A DNA stretch of 64,000 nt, taken from positions 8,308,001 to 8,372,000 of the forward strand of contig NC_134028.1 of the NCBI RefSeq assembly GCF_964204645.1. Reading direction: 5' to 3'. Positions 28,201 to 44,300 of the stretch are shown one piece after another. Below the pieces are notes generated by a model that saw only the letters and a list, made by a program, of their open reading frames with translations, was not told the origin of the DNA and did no database searches. The position numbers and the translations under genes were made by a program. The stretch comes from Tubulanus polymorphus (taxonomy: Eukaryota; Animalia; Nemertea). The first letter of the stretch is position 1. Each line of letters begins with the position of its first letter.

Positions 28201-31200
28201 TAGCGATGTTTATGTTGAGCCCAGTCTAGGACGGTTTGATAAACTGAGCAGAGACCGCAACGAAAAACGAATACGTTTTTATTTTGCCGGTCATCGTACT
28301 CGTAACTAAGGAGTAAGGACCGTTTCGAGTATCGCAGGCAATAATTGCTACGATTGCCATGGCAACATCACCTGTCTATTGTAATGTGTCTAGTCGGATT
28401 TGTCAATTTATTGCTTTTTGGAATATCGACCGACCGACCGACAGTCCGTATTGTGGATGGCAGCAAGGCCTGTGTTACATACCTAGTACTTATACGCAGT
28501 AGTACGTCTGCTCTCTCTCATAGCCTACCGTTGTTGTTATTTCGTGTTATAGTTTATGGAGAATATTTTTTCTTCGATTGAAGTTATTCGTATTTTCTAA
28601 GGCCTTTTTTTAGTTTACCGATGTGAGCGCTTACACGTTGGCTGCCTAGATAGCAATTTATTTTATATTTAACAGACTACTGGACCCTAATTTCACATTT
28701 CTGGCACCAGGGGCCAGTTGTAAAGTCCCGGCTTAGACTTAAAACCAGTCTAAGACCAACTTCATTCTACAGCCAACTACTAGTCTTAAGATTTAAGACC
28801 ACTTTTTAACTTAAGTCCATCTAAAGACTACTTTTCGACTTGGTTTAAGATAACTGGCGAACTAATACCATAGCAGTAACAATGGACTTTGAAAAGTCAC
28901 TTTGTCAACTATCCATTGGTAAACTCTAACCAACTTTCGAGCAACTGATCCCTGGATGATACAAATTTCAGAGGATGGTTTCGGTCTTTAAAGTTCATTG
29001 TATACGAAATCCTGGCGTTCGACGCTCGCTAACTCCTGAATTATTCCACGCAGCTGAAATAGGTTTTAAAGGCCGCTCGTTAAAGGGTTAATACCATTGA
29101 TTGCTCCATCCGAATTGTTAGAAATGATTAAATGGCTGCTGAGAGCTCTGCGGTTTAATTTTAGAATTTCCGCAATCGCACGAACGTTTTTGGCCCACGA
29201 CCGAAAACGTCGGACCAGGCCCGAGATGGGTTTTAGCATGGGACAAATTATTGCGTTTGGATTGCAACTGTTTCCAGATTTGTATTTGATTGTTTAGCAA
29301 CGAGATTGTTTAGCAACGAGAGAGCGGATTGCGTATGAACCCGATCTCTAATTAGACATGGGTTAAATTTGACTCGGGGGCCTGATCCGCACCAATTTGA
29401 CGCGGGCCAAATTGTCTCCGCGTGATCGCGACTATAGTTGTGATTTTGTCGTGGCTTCGAAAAGAAGAAAACTCTTGCTTCGCATTCAAGCAAAACTCTC
29501 GTAACGGAATATGAATGTTATAGCACGGTGTACGGCACGGTGAGCTGTACGGCACGGTGAGCTGTATATTGATTGAATCAATGATGATGATGTCTCCGAA
29601 AATTCTCTCGATTAAAAAAAAATTATGTGAAATTCATATTCGTTTAAGCGGTAACACAGCGGTAGTGATCGGTGTAATTAAAAACTAATAACCTGCGGTT
29701 CGGAATATAGATTATCGATTTATGTGTAGCCTACATAAGCCGAGATTGCCGAGCTAGGTTTCAACCGATGTACTGGGTTTAAAAATCCACGGCCCAGTTT
29801 GCACGGTGAATGTTTAGATTTCAGACCAGTCGCTAAACGCATCTCGCTTCTATATACAGCCAATCTGTCAACTCCAGACTAGGCTAATGAATTAACAACA
29901 TGTTTTGATCTCGAAGTCATTACTGTGCAGCTGTGTCTAGGGGCTGAGTCTATAGTTGAGACTTCACTCAAAAAGTGTTGCTAAGTCTTAAGACTAGTAT
30001 TGTTAGATTGGCTATAGAACTAAGATGGTCTTAGACTCGTTATAACTCTAAGCCGGTGCCGTTTCATAGAATCGCTTTGCTGGAAATTTGTTGACGTGAT
30101 AACCATTGATGAAACGATATATCCGTGTCTTGGCGTTAACGTGTAGAGAATCCGGCAATGATAACGAAAAAATATTATAAAGTACGAAAATGTTTCCTTG
30201 AGTTGGTAGTTTATTGAGTCCTGAGTATTCCCGTGAATGATATTCCTGAGAAAATTGCTTAATTATTCCTGAAGATGATTATAGAATATAGTTGAAACAT
30301 CGTATAAACTACTAGATCGAGGAAACATTTTTGGACTTCATATCCTTTCGGTATTATTGTGTGGATTGTCTACACATTCGTCGGTGCGACCTTGGATTCT
30401 AAAAGGAAATCATAGTCCTCATTAAAACCGCCGCGCTGATGAAAGTTTAAGTTGTCTCGTGAGACGGATTCCTTGATTATTGACAGAAGCTAGATATCGC
30501 CGAGGTTACGAGCGTCTCTAACGCAGGCAGTGCGTAGTAGGATTGGAACTGCTTTCTAATGCGATCCGCCAAACTCTGTGCGCAGTCGTAATGAGAATTG
30601 CTGCGAGGTTTCTCTGCTGTAGATTGTCAACTGTTGCTGATGATGATGATGATGATGTATGGTGCGGCATATCGGCATTACTCAATGGTGGTGTGTATAC
30701 CTGAGATACCCGCACTGCCTCTCTTCATCTCGCTGATCCCAGAGCGAGTGAGTCATCCACTAGCTGACTCGCACAGTGGCCATTTGTCAATGATAGATCG
30801 ACGTGATGCATGTACGTTAAATCAGGGGCCAGTGTCAGTAACAGACCTGGCTAAAATGCTTCAGTTCTTAAAAGCCGCAATCGCTCGAGCATTTTTGGCC
30901 CTGGAACAACTGTTCACACGGCTGCCAAATGGGTCCTTGACTGTTTGGCCCAGGTCAAATTTGACCCCCACATTTTTGGTTGGGCCAGAGCCAAATTTAA
31001 GCACGGGTCAAATTATTGTGCGTGAATTGCAACTGGTTCTAGAAATGACTTACTTCGCTTTGTTTAAGCAGTGTTTAGTATCGAGTGAGTGGTTTACATG
31101 TGAATGCGCTCTCTAAAGTGGCACGGGCTAAATCGTCTGCGTGTGATTGTGGCTCTCATGGTTCCCAAAATATGGAGAAATCTGTAAAAACTTCTAAATC

Positions 31201-32220
31201 GAATCTAAAAATGATATTTCCTGGTCGCAAAATATTTCTGAATGAGATCCCCTTCTGATGAATATCTTTGCGCCCATTCTGTAAGGAGGGTACTGGTGGC
31301 GCTTCGTCTAATGTATTTCGATACGTTTTATCACGATGAACCCGTAAGTTATTGCCATTCACCGTTAACCGCAGCGCGATGTATCGCTACTCATCGCTAT
31401 CTGTAATAAGCCTTTACTAAACCTTTTTTTCTCGTTTATTCATAACTGATTGACTGATTGTAACTGATATAATCATTATGAGTCATTACTAGTCATGTTG
31501 TTTCCGTTTGCGTTCTTCCTGTATATCCTGCTGCTGCTGCTGCATGTTTTATTCATTTTCTATATTAGATTTCAGTTTTCACTACTACTATCAGGATGTG
31601 GCTACCGTTGGCAATGTTGTCAGCTTCCAACTCGATAATTCGTCAACATTTTGATGGTGCCCACTACGACACTTTCGATCTATCATATTTTTTCAAAATA
31701 TCTAATGGCGGCAAACGCGAGATCGAAACTTTGAGAACGGTTGGAAGGAGGCGAAAGTAGTCGAATAAACATAATCCGTGTATACTGTAGATAATTGAAG
31801 AAATCCGACAATTCGAATTCTATACGATAAATTCACTTATAGGAAACCGCAACGTTGCGGCTGTTGACTAACAGCCAACATCAAGGGTTCATCGTCATTC
31901 CACGCGATGATGGCTGTCAGTCATTGCGGGCCAAATTTGGCACGGGCCAAAAGTGCTCGTGCGATCACGGTTAATGTCTTCATACTACAACAGGTTGTTA
32001 TTTTCAAGGCCGATATCGATGAGGTAGTGCGCGGAACAGACTCACACAGAACACCTTAAATAATGCATACTCGGTACCAAAGCATATAATCATTATTGTA
32101 AGGCGGTTATTTTTACGGGCGTCAAATATTTCAATTCAATTCAATAAACTTTATTGTTTCTTAAGATTACAAATTCATGTCGGATTTATTACATAAGTAT
32201 ATACAGATATACATACATAG

Positions 32221-32316
<96 letters not shown>

Positions 32317-35300
32317 CATACATACATACACATACAAAACACATATTACAGAAATGGCGGGATGAAAATATATATATATTTATATACAGGGTTCATAGAT
32401 ATAGAGCTATGGTCAGATAGAGCACTTTTTTAAGCCAAAAGTAAGCACTTTTTACTACAGGGCAATCAGAAATAAGTGCTTGGAAGACCCACTACGAACC
32501 CTGAAATACCGTCCATATAAAACAACACAAATAAATCTATGTTCTGGGTATAAATCAGATACAAGATCAAGATGTATATTGTTTGAAACAGGTGTTCAGG
32601 ATTAGAACGCTGCACCGCGCACCACTACACAGTCAATCCGTTGATAAATCAATCCGTTCCACTGTCTCTTTCTCTCGGTTTTTTTCCCGCTGATAAGTTT
32701 ACGTCCGGAATTAAATATTTATCGCGTTATTCTGGTTTTTCGGCGCGTGCGCGAAGATAGCTGTGCGGGTTGTACTGACGGATATGAGTAGATGTTTATC
32801 GTCGAATATCGCGGCGAAAATACGGTGCCACGCGATTTCTGATATATCAGGTGGGAGTGTAGGATATGCCCTCTCTTTAGAACTCGGCAAATCTCTCTCC
32901 GCAATTTTTTTTGACGCCGTAAAAACGGTTGCAATAATGTTTATATGCCTTGATACCTAGGATGCTTTATTTAAGGGGTTCTGTGTGAGCACTACATCAT
33001 CAATATTGGCGTTTTGAAATAACAATTAGGCCTATGATTTTGAATTTTGGCGTTTATTTCACTATCTTATAACTGTTATTTTATTTTTGCGAATTTTGAT
33101 AATCATTTTTGACAGGATCTGCACTACGTCAAATATATATCTGAGCTAGACTAGTCACTGGTCAATTCAATCGTCGATATATTCAAATCCAGAATAACTT
33201 TATTGATCCATAATATTATATTATTTACATAGCTATTTATTGTTGACAATAATAAAAATTATGAGTTATCTTTCAAAGCGTTTATAAACTTATCACGTTA
33301 GTTTTCTCGTCTTAGCTGGGAAAGTAAGAGGGAAGCAATACATCAACTAGTAGTGCCTTCATAATGATGATTATGATTTTAATTACTGTTGGCCTATATG
33401 TCGATTTTGATTATAAATATCCGTTGTTTTGATTCTCTTTTTAAAATTCAGTAAGTAGTGGGTTATAAAATTCCATTAAAAATCACTTTTAGTTCATTCG
33501 CAAAGATTTCATAATATATCAGGGTGGATCTAGGGTCTGATCCAGGGAGGGTTGCACCCCCCAAAAGGGTATATATATTCATATAGTTAACAGGGCTTTT
33601 AAGTTAACAAAGCAAGCTAGCTCATCGGCAAACATGAACTCTTTTTTGACAATATATAAAAAACAAGCTTACTTTAAGATATCAGTTTAAAATTGTTCAT
33701 TTTCCCATAAGAAATCAGGGTAACGCACATTTTAGGGGAGGATATGCACCCATCCCCCTACCCCTCCCCTTGGATCCACCCCTGTATACTTGGGATTAGT
33801 ACACAGGGGACTAGTCCTTATAACTAACTTGCTTCATCCAGTGGTTTTTGGCCAGCCATTCCCGATTATTCAGTTGATTATTCATCCGCCTGGTTAAGTC
33901 TGAAACGAAATACCTCGTACGAAATTGAAGGCCAGATTTTCTAAGCCGGAGCTGGTAGGTGATGTATATTCGTTAGCATTTTATTTGAATGTGCTTTAAG
34001 AAGTACGTGGGGGGGGTGAGGGGGTTGCAGGTATTGTGCGTATTATGGAAAGAAACAGCTGTTGCTATGCCGTTATAAACAGAATCATGACTCAATAAAA
34101 TCAGTCATCCAAGCGTGCTCGCTTTTTTCCGCGCTCTCTGTTTTGCTTACCAGTTCATCTGATGTACAATCATTTATATGCGTTTTTGACGATCGTGAGA
34201 AGGTTTCTCGAGATCCGATGACATTTTGTGCATAAAAGTGGTAGCTACCGAGTAGCCACTCGTAGAGCTGTCACCAGCTACTCTCTAAAAACATGGCCCT
34301 CATAGAAATATATTAGCCTATTTGTCCCTACTTTCCTGCGGACTGTTCTGACTGTGTTTCATCATTCTAGAGACTGCTCTATTCCACGGATCGTTGATGT
34401 TATTATCTGTCCCATTGGTTCAGTATTTCCGAATGAATGGAGTAATAGATTGAGTAAATGAAATAAATAGATTGGTTAACCCTTTCAGTGCATCTACACT
34501 GCAGTGCGGTGTATGAATTGGTGATGGGCTTAGCTAGTACACCGCATCACTGTGTATCGTCAATAGTATTTAGTTATTATCTATATTCAAAGATGGCATC
34601 ACCCGTCAAACACTTTGAAATTTACCAACCAATAATACACTGCACAGTGTAGACACATGGCCATTATTCATCGCACTGGGTGGAATTTTTTTTCAATTTT
34701 AAAATCATCAACACTTTTGGGTATTAATTAGTCAGCACGGAAAGGGTTAAAGGTACCAATATTCACTTATAGGGACTTGACTTATGTCTCTGAATATGTC
34801 TAATGTTTCAAGGGAACTCAGTCCCAGGAACTGTGAATGTCTGTTGTAAATTCATCCAGTTGTCTCACTAGCTCCCCAGTCTTAAGGACATCTGTATATT
34901 ATCACCGCAATTCCAGGTATTCTCCAGCACGTCTGCGCTCGTTTCTTCCAGGGACGTCGTCGTCTGTCTCGCTTTATTCATTAATGAAAACGTCCATTAA
35001 TCTTAATCTGACGGTTTTTTTTCTAACGCCGTTTGATCGTGAAGACGAGCGCCCGTTCTGACGGACGTCTGTTTGATTATTGTTTATTCGGTCGAATTCG
35101 TGAGCTTAATCGTTCGATACTAATAGAACGAGATGAGAGTCGAGAGAGAGCTTACGGACTCCGGTGAGCTGTAAGCAGCAGCCCGCGATGCCAATAACGC
35201 GTATACTCGCATATCTATCCGTTCCCTTTTCCCAGTTCGATGCCGAAGCGTTGCTTCACTCTATTGTGATCGGATTGGTCATTTTATATTCCGATTATGT

Positions 35301-38300
35301 ATATGGTAAATGGATCATTTGACTCGGGTATGTTCCGATAATTGAGTCTCTTCCACACACACTTAGGTCTGATCATCATCATCACTTCATGCGTATACCA
35401 TTCATACACTAGATTCGGCATACGATCAACTCGGATTAGCGGATTAGCATTCAATTCCAATATTTGTCAACATATACATTTCTGGCCCTTTCTATCATTG
35501 TATCATACATACAGGATGCCTATGACTCCTTGATTCCTTAAAAACTCTTAAATGGAAAATGCTTTTAAAGCTGCTTGAAGCTTCTTCAATTTGAGCAAAA
35601 TGCTTGACACTCCTTTAAAACTCGAATTTGAGAAATAGACAATTAGAAATTTTTGAAGTTGTATAGTAAATCCCTAAATCAGCAGTAATGCTTACAATTT
35701 CTTATTGTTTGAATAATACTTACCAACAGACGCTTCCTGCCATGCTTCCTCGAAATTTGAAATTTCCGCATACTTTTAGATGGTATTTCCATAACTCTGG
35801 ATTCTTCACATGTCTATGTATCTAAATAACCCAGGCCCGATTTTCATGAAAGTGGATTTTTTTTCATGGAAGCGGAACTTTTTGTAAGGTACCTACACAA
35901 ATGTCGGGTCCTGGGAGTAATCGCACGGAAACATTTTTTTAAAAACAAGATGCAACGAGAAGCAATTTAACATCGAGCATATTCAGAGTGAAAATGTTGC
36001 TTACATCAGTAAAAACACGGTTGAATATTCTATGAATTCATTTGTGAATTTTTCAGAGCTGAGAAAACGGAAGCGCTGACAGATGATCTCGCTCAAATCG
36101 AGAAGCGAATCGAACTCATTAAAACGGTGTCGTTGAATACGCATAAGAAGATATCGGGATGTTTACAGGCGACGGGTGTCGACGTGGAAAAACGTTTGGT
36201 TAGTATTCATACTCGCGATCCGGTTTCACCTGAAAATGTTGATATCAAATTTTTACGGGATACCTAATTCCTTGAAAACAGAACAGAAAAACGCTTGCAA
36301 ATGTGCTTGAAACTCCTTTAATTTGAGCAAAATGGCAAAAAATTGTCTTACTGAAGGAATCGTAAAATTCTAGAAATGCACATTTTCCAATTTCTACCAG
36401 TCAAAATACTAATATCAATATACGTACATATATGATTCGTGCCGAATTCTAAAATAATTGTTATTTCGTTGTTTTTTTTTCAGAAAAAGATACCGGTGAC
36501 TGCTTTGTCATGCAGTATGATAGAGTCGTCTACTTTGCTAGGAGAATCATTGATAGGGTACATGTCTAAAATCCTTCTGATGAAACGATTGATCATTAAA
36601 GTACCTCGCAAATGGATGAGTGAATTAAAGTTACTGGGTCGATAAGAGATACCCATGGGGCGGTGTGGGCGAGTGATTAGAGCGTTCGACTCTGGGAAGC
36701 CAGGTCATTGGTTCGAACCCTCGTACAGTACCTGACACTTATCCTCATTCCCTCTTTTCACCTAGGAGTAAATGGATACCTGGTCTGATAGATAGATCAA
36801 TCCTGAGTGCTTATTACCCGCTCAGTGTTACTTCTCCCCAGGAAGAGAGGACTGATACACATTACAGTATTAAAATGGCTGGAGTAATAATGCCAGAAAT
36901 GTAAAGCGCTCCGAGCAGCTTGAAGCTGGACGTATCGGCCCCACTCTGCGCGGTTGCGCCACCGCGCGGGATTTACGCGAAGCAGCAGAACACAAACATG
37001 GCCACTCTCTCAATTTTCAATGATAGAAATCGTGTGTGCATTTCAATTATTTCGGCTGTTAGGGTTTTAAGGCACAATATAAGTTGATGATGTGATATGG
37101 CGATGTTAATTAATGATAATTCCGCAGTGAAGCTAGTCACGAACGGTGCCGATTGAGTGTACAGCTGCCAAAAACACTGAAATGTGCGTAGTTGCGTAAC
37201 TATTTGCAGTGAATTGCAGACGAAACATGAAGCCTTAACGGCCGTTTAAAAAGAAATTATACCAATCGCAATTGTAAAATAAAAATGAGATAGAACCTAA
37301 GTTAAAATTCTGGCCATTTCTAAAATGTTATTACTAATTTTTAGTCAGTGCGGAACGTTTAGTTTTCCAACAATAATGAGGGGTGGTAGGTAGTCATGCA
37401 ATTCAAGTCATCATTTATTACACGTTACTTCCGTGTTGTTGAAAATCTCGCGAGTCCTGGACCAAACCCCAATGAACAATGTGATCTGTGTGCTGGCCAC
37501 AAATGCACACAGATCACACTACACTACCCATTACACACTCCAGTACCCACAGCTTTCATAAATCCATCCAAATATTTAGTGTCTTTCTTCCTGGATTTAG
37601 CGCTGTATATACACATAGCATATTATTGTATATTAGTATTATATTTTTCAAATTTGACTTCCCATCGTCCTCGTGTGTAATGATTTTTTATGTTATCGGG
37701 TTCAATATCCCTGCATCGGAGGATGACCAAGTGCGCGTATTATCATTGATCGTTGTTTTATCTTTTTGCATTTCAGGACCTTGTTTCAGATTTGTGGCGA
37801 CATGGAGGGCTCGCTCGGTAAAGAAGTTCTCACCCATGAATTGGAAGTGGAAAGCAATGTTTTAACACCGTTACAGAATATCACGGAGGTTTGTTAGAAT
37901 TATTGCGATATCTTTTGTCTCGCTGCATCTGTGTTGCGCTACTGGATCCTGTTGCAAAGTCGTGATACGGGGACAGATCCCGGAATTTCGAATAGGGGCC
38001 CAAAAATGTCCTGCAATAATGTTATCTTGGCCAAAAATATTTATTTGATCAATATGATCAATATTTGGCCAAAAATATTGATATAAATCCACCCCTGGTA
38101 CATGGTACGGTACATTTCTTCAAAAATTGTCTTGAATGTTACAACCGACCTTACAAATTTGTATCAATATAGGGGATTATTTTGTTACTCTTCAGCCCCT
38201 TCTTAATCCACCCCTTGTACGGTATATTGTTTCAAGAATGATACCGCATGACTGTCCTTAAGAATTTGTATGATATAAAAAATTGATGCTATCAATTGTT

Positions 38301-41300
38301 GCTAATCTTCCTTGATTTTGATATTTTTTGCATACAAATCTAAAGATATTCCCCCAGGTTAGAATTATACCTTTTTTACAAGCCGGGCATTGGTGTTTTC
38401 CCCAAATTACTCTACTGACATTTTCACAGAGTGTTACTGGATCTTTACAGTAGCAGCTATAAACTGCCTCCCGTAAATGTCAACAGCTATAAATACACTC
38501 GACAACTATTGAATAAATTAAGGGTACTTGACTGTATTGATGTGTATTTCGTCTGGTGGGTTTTTCCTGCCATCTCGAATATCCTGATAACGTTTTTATG
38601 TTTCATATATCTACCATCGTAAAAAGAGTACAGAGTTTAATGTTAAGAATTTTCTATTGTTGACGAAACAATTGATCATTGGCAGAGCTGCAAAATGACA
38701 CGTCGACCAAGCGGATCTCGAATGTCTCGAAAATAATTCGTATTTTTTTTTCTGTTTTTAGAACGACATCCCGAACATAATGAAACTGAAGAAGCAATTG
38801 AACAGATTGGTGTTAGATATGGATTCAGCGCGTGCTAGGTATGAACCTACCCGCGAGATCGTTTCTAATTTGACTGATTTTTAGATTCATCGAATACAAA
38901 GTCCAACTGTGTGATCCTCATAGGCATTTGTTGTGAATCATGCAGGTTTTAAGTCAATCTTTGAGTCTTTAAAAGAGCTGACTTCGTCGGTTTGTGTATT
39001 TAGATATTCTTCAGACCCCTAGTATGTAGGTATTTGTAAAGTTTGTACGCACTTAGTGCGGAATATAGACCCTGCACACGAGCTGAAAAATGCACCCAGG
39101 GACCTGTATAAAGGAATTCTTCTGTTCCTTTTACATTTGCGTTTGAGACTGAAGGTCTTGCATGGGGAAAATTATGATTCTATCAATTCAAGTAACCTCT
39201 ATCATACGGAAAGTGATAGATCAAAGATATTCTTTTTCCAAAATTGATATGCTAGTTGCTATCAGTTTTTGAGAAACGATGCTTGCACATAAATGACGAA
39301 TGCAGCGTTAAGTGTGCTGAGTTATCCGTCCTCGACAGCGTATTTTGCGCAGGGTGGAAAAGTATCAAACCTATTAATATATTTGAATGGCAAAATGTGG
39401 TTGAGAATATCCAAATCAGCATTCCAAGGCAATGGTGGCTGTAGGTGGATACTTTAATGAATCGCTACTTTCTGGTTGATATTTATAGATATCATCAGTC
39501 GTTGAGACAGTCGACGATACCTGGTAAAGAAAATAAAACTGATTTGATCAAAGATGAGTTGGAAGATGCGTCGATGAAAGTTGAACAATGTAGGGTGCGT
39601 AACACGTAAAATCATGTTCAGAGGTGGAGATTCGATACAAATTCTCACAATTTTATGATTACGTTATTCTTGAATGTTTATGTATTTCTAGGATGCGTTA
39701 GCTACTGAAATGTATCAGTTCTTCTCGCAGGAAACTGAATACGGTAAAATCGCTCTATCCGTAAGTATTCTAGCCATCATAGCCCTGGACCCAGTTCCAC
39801 AGTCGTGAGTTAGAGTTAACTCTGAGTTAAAGTTAGTTCATTTTCAATGTTGTAACCCAGGGTCAAATCTCAACTCAGAACTATGGAACTGGGCCCAGTG
39901 CCGTATTTCAGACTTAATTTCCACGAGATAGACTTCTATAACGAACGATCCGATATTTAAAATTTCAGTACGCCGAAGCTCAGGCGAGATATCATCGGCA
40001 TAGCCTCGAAGTTCTAGAATCAGTTCTACCTAAACTACGTTCCGAAATCAGTAAGTAGGCGCGGGACAGTAATTTGCTGGTATTTTAAAGATGATTTTGA
40101 GCAACGCGTTTAGCAACTTGGTCAAGAGAGTCAACACTTCCGTTCAAACATGACTTTTAACTGCCAACTAGGCCTATGTGCATTTCACACGGCAAGGCCT
40201 CCAGGATTTCCAATACCCAATAGTAGCATTTGATCGCTGCTTGATAAGTCCCAGCAGGCAATAGAGCATAAAATGTCAATGGGTCGACATAGTTATGGCT
40301 GGCAACAGAGACTTACTGCTTTATTCTTATTCTCATAAGTTATTGATTTGATACGAAATAGCTCCAATACCAACTATGAGATAAATTGTACAGGGTGGCC
40401 ACTTACCTGGAAATCAGGGAATTTTTATTCTTAAAAATAGTCAGGAAAATTCGGAAATTTGTTGAGATTGCTAGATTGCATAAAAAATCAAACAGCTTCC
40501 GTCTATGTCTTATGCATTTGACTTTGTTGATTAATTGGAATTTAGCAGATGGAGTCAGTTAAAACAATGTACATGTTTGGGAATAGTCAGAGAAAAGTCA
40601 AGGAAAAGCTAGCCAAATTAACCACCCTGTTTTAGTGACAACTAGGGTAGCAACCTTCATGAAAAAGTTATGTTTTTACGAGAATGCCATGTTACAATCC
40701 CGAACTGTGGCACGGTTCCTACTGCATCACATTTGAATACCAGTAAGTATTCGAGTGTGCAACTATCACGGCATCATTTACGGTTAATTTTTCAGCTCAA
40801 TACGCGCACAAACCAGTTTACGGTACATCGTTAGAGGATCATTTGCAGAGCACTGAACGCGAGATTGCTGTCGTGCTCGAAGAATGCGTGTGTACTTTGA
40901 TAGACGTTGGACTCGAGGAGGAGGTGAGAGTCAGATCCCGGGAGGAATCGGTGATTTAATGTTAAATGAACTCCAGTCCAGGCCCAGTTAAACTGTAAAA
41001 TTTCATTACTCAGTATTTGGTGATTGTTTGATTATTGCTTTTGTTAGGTACATTACAGCAGGCGACTGCATCGCCCACTCAGTTTTAGTTCAGTTTCACG
41101 CTAGAATTCGACTTAGTTCACAGCCAAATAAAAGATGAAATTGCTAAATCGATTATTGGGAGCTTAGCCCGGCATCACGCTCTATTTCAAATGTCACCGG
41201 GTCAAATTCTAACTCTCAACTATGTTACCGGCATAGCAGTATATGCAGTTGCTTAGTAGTATATGCTAAAGTAGGAGTACATGCAATACATTTTTCGCCT

Positions 41301-44300
41301 CTATTCGTAGGGATTATTCCGTGTGGCTGGTGGTGCTTCTAAAGTGAAGAAACTCAAGGTACAACGAACATTCTTGGATCCGTCATTAATTCATTAATTC
41401 ATTAGAACATCTGTCATTAATTCATTTATTGAATTACTGATTTTGGGTTTTAAATTTTGCAGGCTGCTCTCGATGCTGGAGTTGTGGATTTAGACGAGTT
41501 TATTAGAGATCCACATGTTGTAGCCGGTAATTATCAATACTTTTTGTTCCATTTGCTTAAAGCCAGTTTTCACGAGTTGTTTCCAACGCTCAACCTATAA
41601 TGCAAAATACCTACCTGGAACTGACCGGGGTAGATCTAGCCTAGGTTTTTGAGTACTGCTCAGCCGTGGAAGGGCACCTATATCATCGAAAATTTTGAAT
41701 TTTCAGGGGATGCGATCTGAGTCAATTTGGGGCATCAAATCCTTTTCTGCATCCACAAAATATGACAGGTTAAAGAAAAATCATTCATCAAAAATAAGAA
41801 GTTTACCCATTTTCGAATATTCAAATTGGCCATTTTAAATTACCTCTACCAGAACTTGAAAAATAAGAGGGCACTTCTATAATCGTGAGGTTGGATCTGC
41901 CCCTGCAGACATGTGAAACATACATTACATCTTTTATATTCACACTAGAGACTGGAATAAAGTTTCATAGGCCAAGATGAAATAAATGTGTAGCATTGTG
42001 AACAAATTAACAAAAGCTGGACAAAAAATGAACATAAACAGAAAGAATTCCGCAGGAAATAAAAGCTATGGCATAATTGCTAGGCAAAGAATTGCAGGGG
42101 TAGAAACATGTTTTTGAAAGTTACAATTGTTTCAGCTGTATCGAGTAATTGCTTCCCCTTGATTGAAAGAAGACTCATGAAATTGTGCGTTGTTGATATT
42201 TGAATATGATTCCCTTTGCTGTGTCTGGAAATTAGTTGTGAAAATCCTTGATACTCATTCGCCAAAGAAACCAAACCAGGATCCAGTTGCTCAAAAGGTG
42301 GTTAAATATAACCAGCAGATGAATACGATAGTAATAATGTCACTATGTCAGCTATCCACTGGTTAACTCTTGAGCAACCGGCCCCCGTACATCAACTATC
42401 CACTGGTAAACTCTCAACTTACGAGTAACTGTGACCCCTGTCTTCTATTGACAAAAAAAAATGTCATCATTTTAGGTGCTCTTAAATTATATTTCCGCGA
42501 GCTTCCCGAACCATTGATGACGTACTCGTTGTACAGCGAATGGATGCAAGCTGCTAAACTGTAAGTTGTACAAACGGCCGATACGTAATGCGCTGTGGCG
42601 AAATCTCTTTTCTTTATCATTCAAACGATGAAAAATGCACACAACGGTTTAATTGCAGGCCAAACGATCAGAGATTACAAGCGCTGTGGACTGTTGCTGA
42701 TCAATTGCCGAAATATAACTATAATAATCTCAGGTGAGTTGTCTAACTACTCAGTACCACTAAAGCAGGATGACTCATTACTATTCACATTAAGTCGGTC
42801 ATCTGCTTGTCTTGTTTGATATTTTATAGTTAATATGTGCTACACCCCTCACTACTTGGTTCTTATCAAGTGTCATTTTGTAAGTTGTTCCCTGTGAAGA
42901 ACTATGAAGGAATAGAAGCTCAGTTTCATTAATCATTTTTAACCGGCTGAGTGTCGTTGTATGCTGGGTGGGGAACTAGTGCTCGCTTTAGCTTCGGATC
43001 ATTCTCATTGCGGGATGCAATAAAGGTAGTACATGTAAGGTTAACTGTCTTGTGGTTCTGGATGGATCGAGTGCTAGTTCATCAAACAGCCTACAGCAAC
43101 AACACTCGGCCTGTCACATCTTATTCCAATTCATATGATGATGACCAATTTGGTTCTGCAAGATCTGAGGCTAGTGGAGTGTCCTGTATATTGAATATAC
43201 AAGACACTCCATTTGCCTTGGATATATACAGGACATTTCACTTGCCTCAGATCTTGTTGGACCAAATGGGTCATCATCATATGAATTGGAATAGGAAAAT
43301 TACAAATATCTTTAACTGGGGCACTGGATGATTCGAGGCAATCGGCTAGCAGAGATTACTGTAGTAATACAATACTGATGAAAAGTTGTTCTGTGAAACA
43401 AGCTTGCGGACCTTTGTTATAAAATTCAATGCATGTGACGCAGGGAAACATAGAAACAGGGGACAGAGTCATGTTTCCAAGCATTCACAAGAAACATTGC
43501 TTCAGGAAACAATGTGTCCGAGATCAAACATGTTTGTTGCTGTGTTTCTATGATTCGGTGTTTCCCTCTGTTGTATGCATTAGGCTTAAACTGAACTGTT
43601 TTGGATGAAGACAGTGACTCTTACGAAACTCCTTTATTTCTATTTTTCAGATATCTGATAAAATTTCTTAATAAGCTTGCCGAACATTCAGACACCAATA
43701 AGATGTCGTCTAGTAACATTGCTATTGTGATGGGTCCAAATCTAATCTGGTCCGAAAAAGATGGAGGGTTAGTACATGAATATGTTGATGGTTTTACAGT
43801 GTTTGGTCAATAGTGATTCAGTGTTAAGATACCATGATTACCATGAAATATTCCATTTGCAGCTAAAAAAGATTGATACATTGTATCTCATTTCTGCTGA
43901 GCTTAAAAGTTGAACTGGCCAGCTGCCTATCTACCCTGTATATTAATTTATTGAAAATCATGGTCGAGCTAACCATAACAGATCTGGCATCTTTAGAAAT
44001 GAAGTGATAACAAATTTTATTGCGGTTTCAAATTGACCCGGCCGATTAGGGATTTAGGAGAAACAGGGTATCATTTTTAGCCTGATAATCAATAAATAGT
44101 ACAACAAATCTTTTCCATGTGAACACCTTCGAGAAGTGAGGCCTAATGAGCTGATAACTGTCCTTCGGAAAATAGTCATATTTGAAGGCAACGCTTTATT
44201 TTCTACTAATTGCAGACCAAACATGTTGACGACTGGTACACAAAGTGCCATAATTGATACTTTTATAACTCACGCCGATTGGTTTTTTCCCGGAGGTAAG

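Noticed and set aside
30598-31116. 172-aa ORF
   Set aside because: It has a non-ATG start, runs through a (GAT)n microsatellite and a MITE copy, and shows no recognisable domain.
32154-32420. YI-repeat ORFs
   Set aside because: Translation of the (TA)n microsatellite.
35133-35169. Alternative first coding exon of the RhoGAP (ATG AGA GTC...TCC G|GTGAGC)
   Set aside because: The donor is phase 1 but exon 36057 needs phase 2, so splicing gives an early stop. It could only be non-coding.
36657-36730. tRNA gene
   Set aside because: A and B boxes are present but there is no closing acceptor stem, and it continues into a SINE body and tail.
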